Shown piece after piece: positions 1 to 22,769 of a DNA stretch of 24,000 bases. The stretch is taken from NCBI RefSeq assembly GCF_041954705.1, contig NZ_CP169569.1; one strand, 5' to 3'. The notes beneath the pieces were generated by a model. That model ran no database searches and was not told where the DNA came from. It saw only the letters and a program-made list of their open reading frames with translations. How positions within the stretch are numbered: position 1 is the stretch's first letter; each line of letters opens with the position of its first letter. The DNA comes from Escherichia coli (GTDB lineage Bacteria; Pseudomonadota; Gammaproteobacteria; Enterobacterales; Enterobacteriaceae). A program made the position numbers and the translations under genes.

Positions 1-1063
1 CTGGCACCATCCCCGCCAGCGGCGACAGAAAGATAACCAGCAGGAACAGCAGACCAACAACCACTGCCGTCAGACCGGTACGACCGCCAACCGATACGCC
101 GGAAGAGGACTCAATATAAGCCGTAACGGAAGAAGTACCGATAAACGAACCGGTCACGGAAGAGATACTGTCGACATACAGCGCCTGCTTCATGCGCGGG
201 AATTTCCCCTTCTCATCCGCCAGACCTGCTTTATCGGTCACGCCAATCAGCGTACCGGAGGAGTCAAACAAGTTGACCAACATGAAAGAGAAAATCACCC
301 CTGCCAGCCCGAGGTTAAACGACCCGGCTAAATCTACATGACCCACAACTGTCATTACGCTCGGCGGCGCAGAAACGATGCCATTGTAGTGCACATCACC
401 CAGCATCCAGCCCAGCAGCGTCGTCACCACGATAGAAACCAGCACCGCTGCGTGAATGTTGCGCGAGGCCAGAATAGCAATGATGAAGAAGCCGAGGATA
501 CCCAGAAGTACGCTGTGAGAAGTCAGATTACCGATGCTCACCAGCGTTTCCGGGTTAGCGACAATCACACCTGCGTTTTTCAGCCCCATCATGCCAATGA
601 ACAGACCGATACCGCTGGTAATACCCACACGCAGACTCACCGGAATGTTGGCTATCATCCAGTAGCGAACGCGGAAAATCGTCAGTAACAGCAGACCTAT
701 CGCGCCCCAGAAGATTGCGCCCATCCCGACCTGCCACGGCAAGCCCATCGCCTGTACAACGACAAAAGCGAAGAACGCATTCAGGCCCATAGCGGGTGCC
801 AGTGCAACTGGCAGGTTAGCAAACAGTCCCATCATAATACTGCCGAATGCAGCGATCAGACAGGTAGTGACGAAGACGGCGCTGGTATCCATGCCAGCAA
901 CGCCAAGAATTTGCGGGTTAACAAAAACGATGTAAACCATCGTCAGGAAGGTGGTAAAACCGGCGATCACTTCGGTCCGTGCCGTCGTGCCATGTTCGCG
1001 CAGTTTAAACACGCGTTCCAGCATCCCCTGACCAGAAGTCTGGGTGGTATGTTGATGACTCAT
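1..1063 (-). CDS. purP: Adenine permease (AzgA/NCS2-family purine transporter); 3' end cut by the window edge
   Basis: Absent from the ORF track because no stop codon falls inside the window. Reverse-complement reading from the ATG at 1061-1063 gives MSHQHTTQTSGQGMLERVFKLREHGTTARTEVIAG... and is in frame with the reading at the window edge (...GRTGLTAVVVGLLFLLVIFLSPLAGMVP, last codon at positions 2-4). Only both ends were translated by hand; openness of the interior was not checked codon by codon. The recalled product is a polytopic membrane protein; recognised as E. coli PurP/YieG. Confidence 0.88.
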   Translation of the reverse strand, partial: MSHQHTTQTSGQGMLERVFKLREHGTTARTEVIAGFTTFLTMVYIVFVNPQILGVAGMDTSAVFVTTCLIAAFGSIMMGLFANLPVALAPAMGLNAFFAFVVVQAMGLPWQVGMGAIFWGAIGLLLLTIFRVRYWMIANIPVSLRVGITSGIGLFIGMMGLKNAGVIVANPETLVSIGNLTSHSVLLGILGFFIIAILASRNIHAAVLVSIVVTTLLGWMLGDVHYNGIVSAPPSVMTVVGHVDLAGSFNLGLAGVIFSFMLVNLFDSSGTLIGVTDKAGLADEKGKFPRMKQALYVDSISSVTGSFIGTSSVTAYIESSSGVSVGGRTGLTAVVVGLLFLLVIFLSPLAGMVP

Positions 1064-1227
1064 TATCTATTTCCGAACAAGGAGGGAAAATCCGTCGCTA
1101 TCGTATACCAAAATGCGACAATAGGCGCGTTTGTGAGAGACTTTTTTATTGGATTTACTTATACGGCAACGATTGCGTTGCGCAAATCGGCTCTACGAAA
1201 ACGTTAAACTGATTAAAAAGGAAAGGC

Positions 1228-1893
1228 ATGTCCCGGATAGAAGCGGTATTTTTCGACTGCGACGGTACGCTGGTCGACAGTGAAGTCATTTGCTCTCGCG
1301 CATATGTAACGATGTTTCAGGAATTTGGTATTACGCTCGATCCTGAAGAGGTATTCAAACGTTTCAAAGGTGTAAAACTGTACGAAATTATCGATATTGT
1401 TTCCCTTGAACATGGTGTTACGTTAGCGAAAACAGAAGCTGAACACGTTTACCGTGCAGAAGTCGCTCGGCTGTTCGATTCAGAACTGGAAGCCATCGAA
1501 GGGGCTGGAGCGCTCCTGTCAGCGATCACTGCGCCAATGTGTGTGGTATCTAACGGCCCAAATAACAAAATGCAGCATTCTATGGGCAAGCTGAATATGT
1601 TGCACTACTTCCCGGATAAACTGTTCAGCGGCTACGATATTCAGCGCTGGAAGCCAGACCCGGCGTTAATGTTCCATGCGGCAAAAGCGATGAATGTAAA
1701 TGTAGAAAACTGCATTCTGGTTGATGACTCAGTTGCCGGTGCACAATCTGGTATCGACGCAGGTATGGAAGTGTTCTACTTCTGCGCCGACCCGCACAAT
1801 AAGCCGATCGTTCACCCGAAAGTCACCACCTTTACCCATCTTTCGCAGTTACCTGAACTGTGGAAAGCGCGTGGTTGGGATATTACGGCATAG
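1228..1893 (+). CDS. yieH: HAD-superfamily sugar-phosphate phosphatase (6-phosphogluconate phosphatase YieH)
   Basis: 221-aa ORF. HAD motif I is FFDCDGTLVDSE (DxDGT), motif II is VVSNG, and motif IV is LVDDSVAGAQSG. A GGAAAGG Shine-Dalgarno lies just upstream of the ATG. Confidence 0.93.
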   Translation: MSRIEAVFFDCDGTLVDSEVICSRAYVTMFQEFGITLDPEEVFKRFKGVKLYEIIDIVSLEHGVTLAKTEAEHVYRAEVARLFDSELEAIEGAGALLSAITAPMCVVSNGPNNKMQHSMGKLNMLHYFPDKLFSGYDIQRWKPDPALMFHAAKAMNVNVENCILVDDSVAGAQSGIDAGMEVFYFCADPHNKPIVHPKVTTFTHLSQLPELWKARGWDITA

Positions 1894-1896
1894 TTC

Positions 1897-1912
1897 TTCA
1901 CACTCCCTTCAC
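1897..1912 (+). promoter_or_regulatory. cre-tag (CreB response-regulator direct repeat TTCAC-N6-TTCAC) upstream of cbrB
   Basis: The sequence reads TTCACactcccTTCAC exactly, about 48 bp upstream of the cbrB ATG. It matches the published cre-tag consensus TTCACnnnnnnTTCAC, and cbrB/yieI is a reported CreBC regulon member. Confidence 0.7.
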
Positions 1913-1959
1913 TTACCCCGCTTAAATTGGCGCTCAAAGGTAAGTAAAGGGAGTTTGAT

Positions 1960-2427
1960 ATGTCTGTTTCACGTCGGGTAATACATCACGGACTTTATTT
2001 TGCAGTTTTAGGACCGTTAATTGGTGTTCTGTTTCTTGTCCTCTACATATTCTTCGCAAAAGAACCGCTGGTTCTTTGGGTGATAATACATCCAATTTTT
2101 CTCTTATTGTCGATAACTACGGGAGCTATTCCTGCGTTGTTAACCGGTGTAATGGTTGCCTGTCTGCCGGAAAAGATCGGGTCACAGAAACGTTATCGTT
2201 GTCTGGCTGGTGGCATAGGTGGCGTCGTTATCACCGAGATCTATTGTGCAGTTATTGTACATATTAAGGGCATGGCTTCCTCGGAGTTGTTTGAAAACAT
2301 TCTTTCTGGTGACAGTCTCGTTGTCCGCATCATTCCTGCATTGCTGGCAGGTGTGGTGATGAGCAGAATCATTACCCGTCTACCCGGATTGGATATTTCA
2401 TGTCCTGAAACAGACTCTTTAAGTTAA
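1960..2427 (+). CDS. cbrB: Small inner-membrane protein, CreBC-regulated (CbrB/YieI)
   Basis: 155-aa ORF with AGGGAG 8 nt upstream of the ATG. The protein is almost entirely hydrophobic, with about four predicted TM segments (e.g. LYFAVLGPLIGVLFLVLYIFF, VIIHPIFLLLSITTGAIPALLTGVMVA). Confidence 0.88.
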   Translation: MSVSRRVIHHGLYFAVLGPLIGVLFLVLYIFFAKEPLVLWVIIHPIFLLLSITTGAIPALLTGVMVACLPEKIGSQKRYRCLAGGIGGVVITEIYCAVIVHIKGMASSELFENILSGDSLVVRIIPALLAGVVMSRIITRLPGLDISCPETDSLS

Positions 2428-11082
<8,655 letters not shown>

Positions 11083-11088
<6 letters not shown>

Positions 11089-11111
11089 GCCTGCGAATGC
11101 AGTAACAATCC
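11083..11111 (-). promoter_or_regulatory. Ribonucleic antiterminator (RAT) 1 in the bgl leader
   Basis: The - strand reads GGATTGTTACTGCATTCGCAGGCAAAACC, an imperfect hairpin whose 3' end overlaps the 5' arm of t1. It is paralogous to 10136-10165. Confidence 0.85.
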
Positions 11112-11151
11112 AGTCATTTATTAATGGTTTTTATAACGAACATCCAGGTTC

Positions 11152-11220
11152 GGAAATTAATTTAATTGCGTGCAGAGAAAATAGCAATGCGCTATTGATA
11201 AAAATATGACCATGCTCGCA
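11152..11220 (-). promoter_or_regulatory. Silent bgl promoter with upstream CRP(CAP) site
   Basis: On the - strand the CRP-like site TGCGAgcatggTCATA occupies 11205-11220 (consensus TGTGA-N6-TCACA). The -35 hexamer TTGCTA is at 11182-11187, a 17-nt spacer follows, and the -10 hexamer TAAATT is at 11159-11164. The element is embedded in a visibly AT-rich tract. Hexamer assignment is by eye. Confidence 0.6.
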
Positions 11221-11265
11221 GTTATTAACTTTGTGTAATTTTAGGAATTTATAAAGTTATATATA

Positions 11266-11298
11266 ACAAATCCCAATAATTAAGTTATTGGGATTTGT
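11266..11298 (-). terminator. Hairpin terminator downstream of phoU (end of pst-phoU operon), insulating the bgl promoter
   Basis: Perfect 14-bp inverted repeat ACAAATCCCAATAA / TTATTGGGATTTGT with a 5-nt loop, 8 nt after the phoU stop. The downstream U-tract on the - strand is weak (TTGTTATAT). Confidence 0.7.
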
Positions 11299-11306
11299 CT
11301 GGTGAA

Positions 11307-12032
11307 TTATTTGTCGCTATCTTTCCCCGCCAGCAGTTTATCCAGCTCATCGCCACCGACGTGACGGAAATCCTGCCCCTTCACGTAGTAGAAGATAAAC
11401 TCACAAATATTCTGGCAGCGGTCGCCAATACGTTCGATAGAACGCGCGCAGAACAGCGCAGTAAGTACGCTCGGAATGGTACGCGAATCTTCCATCATGT
11501 AGGTCATCAGTTGACGAACAATACCTTCGTATTCCTGATCGACTTTTTTATCTTCACGATAAATACGTACCGCTTCGTCAATGTCCATCCGCGCGAACGC
11601 GTCCAGCACGTCGTGCAGCATCTGGATGGTATGACGGCCCAGCGACTCCAGACTTACCAGCAACGGCTGATGCTGCTGGGAGAATTTCTCCAGCGCAGTA
11701 CGGCAGATTTTGTCCGCCACGTCGCCAATACGCTCCAGCTCGGCAATGGTTTTACTGATCACCATAACCAGTCGCAGGTCGCTCGCCGTCGGCTGACGTT
11801 TGGCGATAATGCGCACGCAGGCTTCATCGATCGCCACTTCCATCATGTTGACGTTCTTGTCGCCTTCGATGACGCGCTTCGCCAGATCGCTGTCCTGGTT
11901 ATGCATCGCGGTGATTGCATCAGAAAGCTGCTGCTCCACCATGCCGCCCATGGTCATCACCTGCGTGCGGATACTTTCCAGTTCGGCGTTGAACTGGCCG
12001 GAAATATGTTTATTAAGATTGAGACTGTCCAT
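11307..12032 (-). CDS. phoU: Phosphate signalling negative regulator PhoU
   Basis: The start is taken at [14 protein letters not shown]... (241 aa) rather than the track's 6-codon extension. The two PhoU repeats each carry an E-R-I-G-D motif ([24 protein letters not shown]). Confidence 0.95.
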   Translation of the reverse strand: MDSLNLNKHISGQFNAELESIRTQVMTMGGMVEQQLSDAITAMHNQDSDLAKRVIEGDKNVNMMEVAIDEACVRIIAKRQPTASDLRLVMVISKTIAELERIGDVADKICRTALEKFSQQHQPLLVSLESLGRHTIQMLHDVLDAFARMDIDEAVRIYREDKKVDQEYEGIVRQLMTYMMEDSRTIPSVLTALFCARSIERIGDRCQNICEFIFYYVKGQDFRHVGGDELDKLLAGKDSDK

Positions 12033-12046
12033 AACGCACTCCTGAA

Positions 12047-12905
<859 letters not shown>

Positions 12906-12946
12906 AAGTGTTAACCGTGTACAGAGTCAAAAAGGCGCTCGGTCGG

Positions 12947-12985
12947 TCCCCTCGCCCCTCTGGGGAGAGGGTTAGGGTGAGGGGA
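12947..12985. repeat. GC-rich imperfect palindrome resembling the enterobacterial boxC intergenic repeat family
   Basis: The sequence is TCCCCTCGCCCCTCTGGGGAGAGGGTTAGGGTGAGGGGA. The inner hairpin is CCCTCT-GGGG-AGAGGG and the outer arms are TCCCCTC / GAGGGGA. The family name is from memory of this recurring E. coli motif and is not verified. Confidence 0.5.
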
Positions 12986-13002
12986 AAACCGTGTCAGCAA
13001 TA

Positions 13003-14855
<1,853 letters not shown>

Positions 14856-14896
14856 TTACTCTTCAGTTAAACGCGTTTACAAAGTCATTTTGTAAT

Positions 14897-14929
14897 GCCG
14901 GATGCGGCGTAAAACACCGTACCCGGCCT
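14897..14929. repeat. REP-like palindromic unit in the pstS-pstC spacer
   Basis: GCCGGATGCGGCGTAAAACACCGTACCCGGCCT resembles the REP consensus GCCGGATGCGGCGT...GGCCT. It lies 10 nt downstream of the pstS stop. Confidence 0.7.
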
Positions 14930-14938
14930 GGAGTTTTA

Positions 14939-15997
<1,059 letters not shown>

Positions 15998-16045
15998 TCA
16001 TAAAGCATTGTTTGTTGGCTACGAGAAGCAAAATAGGACAAACAG

Positions 16046-16085
16046 GTGACAGTTATATGTAAGGAATATGACAGTTTTATGACAG
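16046..16085 (-). promoter_or_regulatory. pstS promoter-proximal Pho boxes (PhoB binding sites)
   Basis: The - strand reads CTGTCAT-AAAA-CTGTCAT-ATTC-CTTACAT-ATAA-CTGTCAC. These are four 7-bp direct repeats on an 11-bp register, i.e. two 18-bp Pho boxes replacing a -35 element. Confidence 0.9.
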
Positions 16086-16156
16086 AGAGATAAAGTCTTC
16101 AGTCTGATTTAAATAAGCGTTGATATTCAGTCAATTACAAACATTAATAACGAAGA

Positions 16157-16188
16157 GATGACAGAAAAATTTTCATTCTGTGACAGAG
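16157..16188 (-). promoter_or_regulatory. Upstream Pho-box cluster of the pstS promoter
   Basis: The - strand reads CTGTCAC-AGAA-TGAAAAT-TTTT-CTGTCAT, with the same 7+4 periodicity, about 100 bp upstream of the proximal boxes. Confidence 0.7.
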
Positions 16189-16259
16189 AAAAAGTAGCCG
16201 AAGATGACGGTTTGTCACATGGAGTTGGCAGGATGTTTGATTAAAAACATAACAGGAAG

Positions 16260-16286
16260 AAAAATGCCCCGCTTACGCAGGGCATC
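16260..16286 (-). terminator. glmS intrinsic terminator
   Basis: The - strand reads GGATGCCC-TGCGTAAGCG-GGGCATTTTTC, a GC stem followed by a U-run, starting about 8 nt after the glmS stop. Confidence 0.85.
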
Positions 16287-16340
16287 CATTTATTACTCAA
16301 CCGTAACCGATTTTGCCAGGTTACGCGGCTGGTCAACGTC
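16262..16340 (-). other. attTn7 (unoccupied): TnsD recognition sequence in the glmS 3' coding end plus the insertion point in the terminator
   Basis: The - strand reads ...CAGCCGCGTAACCTGGCAAAATCGGTTACGGTTGAGTAATAAATGGATGCCCTGCGTAAGCGGGGCATTTTTC. This is the familiar attTn7 sequence and it runs straight into the native pstS upstream region, with no Tn7 end repeats. Confidence 0.8.
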
Positions 16341-18122
16341 GGTGCCTTTGATCAGCGCGACATGGTAAGCCAGCAGCTGCAGCGGAACGGTGTAGAAGAT
16401 CGGTGCAATCACCTCTTCCACATGCGGCATCTCGATGATGTGCATGTTATCGCTACTTACAAAACCCGCATCCTGATCGGCGAAGACATACAACTGACCG
16501 CCACGCGCGCGAACTTCTTCAATGTTGAATTTCAGTTTTTCCAGCAATTCGTTGTTCGGTGCAACAACAATAACCGGCATATCGGCATCAATTAGCGCCA
16601 GCGGACCGTGTTTCAGTTCGCCAGCAGCGTAGGCTTCAGCGTGAATGTAAGAGATCTCTTTCAACTTCAATGCGCCTTCCAGCGCGATTGGGTACTGATC
16701 GCCACGGCCCAGGAACAGCGCGTGATGTTTGTCAGAGAAATCTTCTGCCAGCGCTTCAATGCGTTTGTCCTGAGACAGCATCTGCTCAATACGGCTCGGC
16801 AGCGCCTGCAGACCATGCACGATGTCATGTTCAATGGAGGCATCCAGACCTTTCAGGCGAGACAGCTTCGCCACCAGCATCAACAGCACAGTTAACTGAG
16901 TGGTGAATGCTTTAGTGGATGCCACGCCGATTTCTGTACCCGCGTTGGTCATTAGCGCCAGATCGGATTCGCGCACCAGAGAAGAACCCGGAACGTTACA
17001 GATTGCCAGTGAACCAAGGTAACCCAGCTCTTTCGACAGACGCAGGCCAGCCAGGGTATCCGCGGTTTCGCCAGACTGTGACAAGGTGATCATCAGGCTG
17101 TTACGACGCACGGCAGATTTGCGATAGCGGAATTCAGAGGCGATTTCGACGTCGCACGGAATACCTGCTAGCGATTCAAACCAGTAGCGGGAAACCATAC
17201 CGGAGTTATAAGAAGTACCACAGGCGAGGATCTGAATATGCTCAACCTTCGACAGCAGTTCGTCGGCGTTCGGTCCCAGCTCGCTTAAATCAACCTGACC
17301 GTGGCTGATGCGTCCGGTAAGGGTGTTTTTGATCGCGTTCGGCTGTTCGTAGATCTCTTTCTGCATGTAGTGACGGTAAATGCCTTTATCGCCCGCGTCA
17401 TATTGCAGATTGGATTCGATATCCTGACGTTTTACTTCCGCGCCAGTTTTATCGAAGATGTTTACCGAACGGCGAGTGATTTCCGCAATATCGCCCTCTT
17501 CAAGGAAGATAAAGCGACGGGTCACCGGCAACAGCGCCAGCTGGTCAGAAGCGATAAAGTTTTCGCCCATCCCCAGGCCAATCACCAGCGGACTACCAGA
17601 ACGTGCCGCCAGCAGGGTATCCGGGTGACGGGAGTCCATGATCACTGTACCGTACGCACCACGCAGCTGCGGGATAGCACGCAGAACGGCCTCACGCAGA
17701 GTCCCGCCTTGTTTCAGCTCCCAGTTCACCAGATGGGCAATCACTTCGGTGTCGGTTTCAGAAACGAAGGTATAGCCACGCGCTTTTAGCTCTTCACGCA
17801 GCGGTTCATGGTTTTCGATGATGCCGTTATGCACCACCACAATGTGTTCAGAAACATGCGGATGCGCATTCACTTCTGAAGGTTCACCGTGGGTCGCCCA
17901 GCGAGTGTGAGCAATACCAGTGCCGCCATGCAGAGGATGTTCTTCCGCTGCCTGTGCCAGCATCTGGACTTTACCGAGGCGACGCAGGCGGGTCATATGA
18001 CCTTCTGCATCAACAACGGCCAGACCGGCAGAGTCATATCCGCGGTATTCCAGACGACGTAAACCTTCAAGAAGGATTTCTGCTACATCACGTTGCGCGA
18101 TCGCGCCAACAATTCCACACAT
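16293..18122 (-). CDS. glmS: Glutamine--fructose-6-phosphate aminotransferase (GlcN-6-P synthase)
   Basis: 609-aa ORF with the Ntn-amidotransferase N-terminus MCGIVGA and two SIS domains ([20 protein letters not shown]). The C-terminus is ...AKSVTVE. Confidence 0.97.
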   Translation of the reverse strand: MCGIVGAIAQRDVAEILLEGLRRLEYRGYDSAGLAVVDAEGHMTRLRRLGKVQMLAQAAEEHPLHGGTGIAHTRWATHGEPSEVNAHPHVSEHIVVVHNGIIENHEPLREELKARGYTFVSETDTEVIAHLVNWELKQGGTLREAVLRAIPQLRGAYGTVIMDSRHPDTLLAARSGSPLVIGLGMGENFIASDQLALLPVTRRFIFLEEGDIAEITRRSVNIFDKTGAEVKRQDIESNLQYDAGDKGIYRHYMQKEIYEQPNAIKNTLTGRISHGQVDLSELGPNADELLSKVEHIQILACGTSYNSGMVSRYWFESLAGIPCDVEIASEFRYRKSAVRRNSLMITLSQSGETADTLAGLRLSKELGYLGSLAICNVPGSSLVRESDLALMTNAGTEIGVASTKAFTTQLTVLLMLVAKLSRLKGLDASIEHDIVHGLQALPSRIEQMLSQDKRIEALAEDFSDKHHALFLGRGDQYPIALEGALKLKEISYIHAEAYAAGELKHGPLALIDADMPVIVVAPNNELLEKLKFNIEEVRARGGQLYVFADQDAGFVSSDNMHIIEMPHVEEVIAPIFYTVPLQLLAYHVALIKGTDVDQPRNLAKSVTVE

Positions 18123-18283
18123 AGTTTTTGATTCCGATTTATATCGTTGTCGGTCAACCTGTATGCCCGTTTTTTCGGGCGCCCCGAGCCTTGTAGAGAG
18201 TGGGGTTATTTTTATAGTTACTGCTTGTGGGAGGGAGATTATGTTATCTCCTCATCCCATGTGACCGGGTTAGCCGGCCAGAA
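18123..18283 (-). promoter_or_regulatory. Structured glmU-glmS intercistronic region (site of glmUS mRNA processing and GlmZ-dependent activation of glmS translation)
   Basis: The spacer is 161 nt. One long bulged hairpin spans 18228-18259 (TGGGAGGGAGAT...ATCTCCTCATCCCA). A second hairpin is GCCCG-TTTTTT-CGGGC at 18165-18180. The glmS Shine-Dalgarno (GGAAT...) is weak. The functional assignment comes from the literature. Confidence 0.6.
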
Positions 18284-19654
18284 TCACTTTTTCTTTACCG
18301 GACGACGCCAGCCTTCTTTCTGAGTCTGCGGCACACGGCTGATAGCTAATGCATTTTCGCCGACATTACGCGTCACAGTTGTACCCGCAGCAATGGTCGC
18401 GCCTTTGCCTACTGTTACCGGGGCCACCAGCTGAGTGTCGGAACCAACAAACACATCGTCGCCGATAATGGTCTTAAATTTATTCGCACCATCGTAGTTG
18501 CAGGTAATGGTTCCCGCGCCGATGTTAACGTTATCGCCAATTTCCGCATCGCCCAGGTAAGTCAGATGACCAGCTTTCGAGCCTTTACCCAGACGCGCTT
18601 TTTTCATCTCAACGAAGTTACCGACGTGAGCACCTTCCAGCAACTCAGCACCAGGACGCAAACGGGCAAACGGGCCAATGGTACAGGCCGCTGCCAGATT
18701 CGCATCTTCCACAACGGTATACGGACTGATTTCGCAATCATCGCCAATCACGCTGTTTTTAATCACGCAACCGGTGCCAATTTTCACGCGATGACCGAGA
18801 GTCACGTTGCCCTCGATGATAACGTTAGTATCAATTTCAACATCGCGCCCGTGAGTTAGCGTACCACGCAGATCAAAACGCGCTGGATCGCGCAGCATAA
18901 CGCCTGCTAACAGCAGTTTTTCAGCCTGTTCGGACTGATAAACACGCTCCAGACGGGAGAGTTGCAGGCGGTTATTCACGCCTTCTACTTCGCTTAAACG
19001 TTGCGGATGAACGGCGACGATTTCACGCCCTTCCTGATACGCCAGCGCAATAATGTCGGTGATGTAGTATTCGCCCTGAGCATTATTGTTGGTCAGCTTC
19101 GCCAGCCAGCGTTTCATATCTGCGCCGTTGGCAATCAGAATGCCGGTGTTGATCTCCTGAATCTGACGCTGCTCGTCGGTGGCATCTTTGTGCTCAACAA
19201 TGCCGGTAACTTTGCCGTTTTCACGGGTGATACGTCCATAACCGGTCGGATCATCCAGTTTCACCGTCAGCAGACCAATGCCACCCTGCGGTTTAGCATC
19301 ACGCAGACGCTGGAGTGTTTCGACAGAGATCAGCGGCACGTCGCCGTAGAGCATTAAAATGTCTTCATCATCGGCAAAGAAAGGTGCGGCCTGCTGCATT
19401 GCATGACCCGTACCCAGCTGCTCTGCCTGAAGCACCCAGTTAAGGTTGTCGTCTTTCAGCGCCTGTTTTAGCAGATCGCCGCCGTGACCGTACACCAGGT
19501 GAACGTGCGCTGCGCCTAATTCATTCGCAGCATCAATGACATGCTGAACCATCGCTTTCCCGGCAAGGGTATGCAGCACTTTCGGAAGATCGGAATACAT
19601 GCGCGTGCCTTTGCCTGCGGCAAGGATCACTACGCTCATAGCATTATTCAACAT
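18284..19654 (-). CDS. glmU: Bifunctional GlcNAc-1-P uridyltransferase / GlcN-1-P acetyltransferase
   Basis: 456-aa ORF. The N-terminal nucleotidyltransferase motif is LAAGKGTRM. The C-terminal half consists of left-handed beta-helix hexapeptide repeats (e.g. [26 protein letters not shown]). Confidence 0.97.
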   Translation of the reverse strand: MLNNAMSVVILAAGKGTRMYSDLPKVLHTLAGKAMVQHVIDAANELGAAHVHLVYGHGGDLLKQALKDDNLNWVLQAEQLGTGHAMQQAAPFFADDEDILMLYGDVPLISVETLQRLRDAKPQGGIGLLTVKLDDPTGYGRITRENGKVTGIVEHKDATDEQRQIQEINTGILIANGADMKRWLAKLTNNNAQGEYYITDIIALAYQEGREIVAVHPQRLSEVEGVNNRLQLSRLERVYQSEQAEKLLLAGVMLRDPARFDLRGTLTHGRDVEIDTNVIIEGNVTLGHRVKIGTGCVIKNSVIGDDCEISPYTVVEDANLAAACTIGPFARLRPGAELLEGAHVGNFVEMKKARLGKGSKAGHLTYLGDAEIGDNVNIGAGTITCNYDGANKFKTIIGDDVFVGSDTQLVAPVTVGKGATIAAGTTVTRNVGENALAISRVPQTQKEGWRRPVKKK

Positions 19655-19953
19655 ACGCGTCCTGACTGTAATTTGAGAACGAATTTAAACCGCTTCACCT
19701 TGAAAAAACTACATTTTTTTCATCGTGAAATGGACAGAGGATAAATTGTTCAATAACGGATTATCCCCGCTGACGAAAGCGCCATTTTCGACCATCGTCA
19801 CGCCTTTTGTCTGCAGAAAATTAAGGCAGTACCTTAATTTAAGCGTCAGGTGGATGTTTTTGCTCTTATTTCGATCAATGAATAAACAGGAAAACAGGGG
19901 GGTTTTATATCAGCAGGATCTATGTGAACGCTATTCAGGACGGGTCACACGCG

Positions 19954-19988
19954 CAAAAAAAAGCCAGCCTGTTTCCAGACTGGCTTTT
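19954..19988 (-). terminator. atp operon intrinsic terminator
   Basis: The - strand reads AAAGCCAGTCTGGAAACAGGCTGGCTTTTTTTT, with stem AGCCAG/CTGGCT plus inner pairs and a U8 tract. It starts about 20 nt after the atpC stop. Confidence 0.85.
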
Positions 19989-20006
19989 GTGCTTTTCAAG
20001 CCGGTG

Positions 20007-20426
20007 TTACATCGCTTTTTTGGTCAACTCGATAACGCGCAGCTGCGCGATCGCTTTGGCCAGTTCCGCAGACGCCTGAGCGTAATCTACGTCGCCGTGA
20101 GAGCTGCTAATGTGCTCTTCAGCCTTACGTTTCGCTTCCATGGCTCGCGCTTCGTCGAGATCCTGGCCGCGAATTGCGGTGTCGGCCAGAACGGTCACGT
20201 TGCCAGGCTGCACTTCAAGAATGCCGCCAGACAGATAGATAAACTCTTCGTGACCGTGCTGTTTCACGATGCGAATCATACCAGGCTTAATGGCGGTGAG
20301 CAGCGGTGCGTGGCCAGGGTAGATCCCCAGTTCACCTTCGCTACCCGTTACCTGGATTTTCTCGACCAGACCAGAGAACATTTGTTGCTCTGCGCTGACG
20401 ACGTCCAGGTGGTAAGTCATTGCCAT
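20007..20426 (-). CDS. atpC: F1 ATP synthase epsilon subunit
   Basis: 139-aa [46 protein letters not shown]...; the last gene of the atp operon. Confidence 0.97.
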
Positions 20427-20446
20427 ATCACCCTCCGATTAAGGCG

Positions 20447-22719
<2,273 letters not shown>

Positions 22720-22769
22720 GAGCTTCTCCTCAATGCCTTGCGGCCTGCCCTAAGGCAAGCCGCCAGACG

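Noticed and set aside
1721-1981. 86-aa ORF bridging the yieH 3' end, the cre-tag and the cbrB start
   Set aside because: It is out of frame inside yieH and crosses a regulatory spacer. It has no Shine-Dalgarno and its composition is not protein-like.
16158-16244. 28-codon + strand mini-ORF (MTEKFSFCDREKVAEDDGLSHGVGRMFD) in the glmS-pstS spacer
   Set aside because: It overlaps the distal Pho boxes and has only a weak GAAGAG upstream. It would be transcribed towards the convergent glmS terminator, and I know of no supporting evidence. Ribosome profiling would be needed to revive it.
16527-16529. Phe codon (TTC on the - strand) in GlmS ...[11 protein letters not shown]..., where I recall Ser (KLKSNIEEV) in the reference protein
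   Set aside because: This rests only on my memory of the reference sequence and cannot be verified without an alignment. Even if real, it is a single substitution of unknown consequence.
22720-22769. GC-rich partial dyad (GCGGC...GCCGC) in the atpA-atpG spacer as a possible regulatory hairpin
   Set aside because: The arms are short and imperfect. The spacer is adequately explained as the atpG translation-initiation region, so there is not enough support to call a feature.
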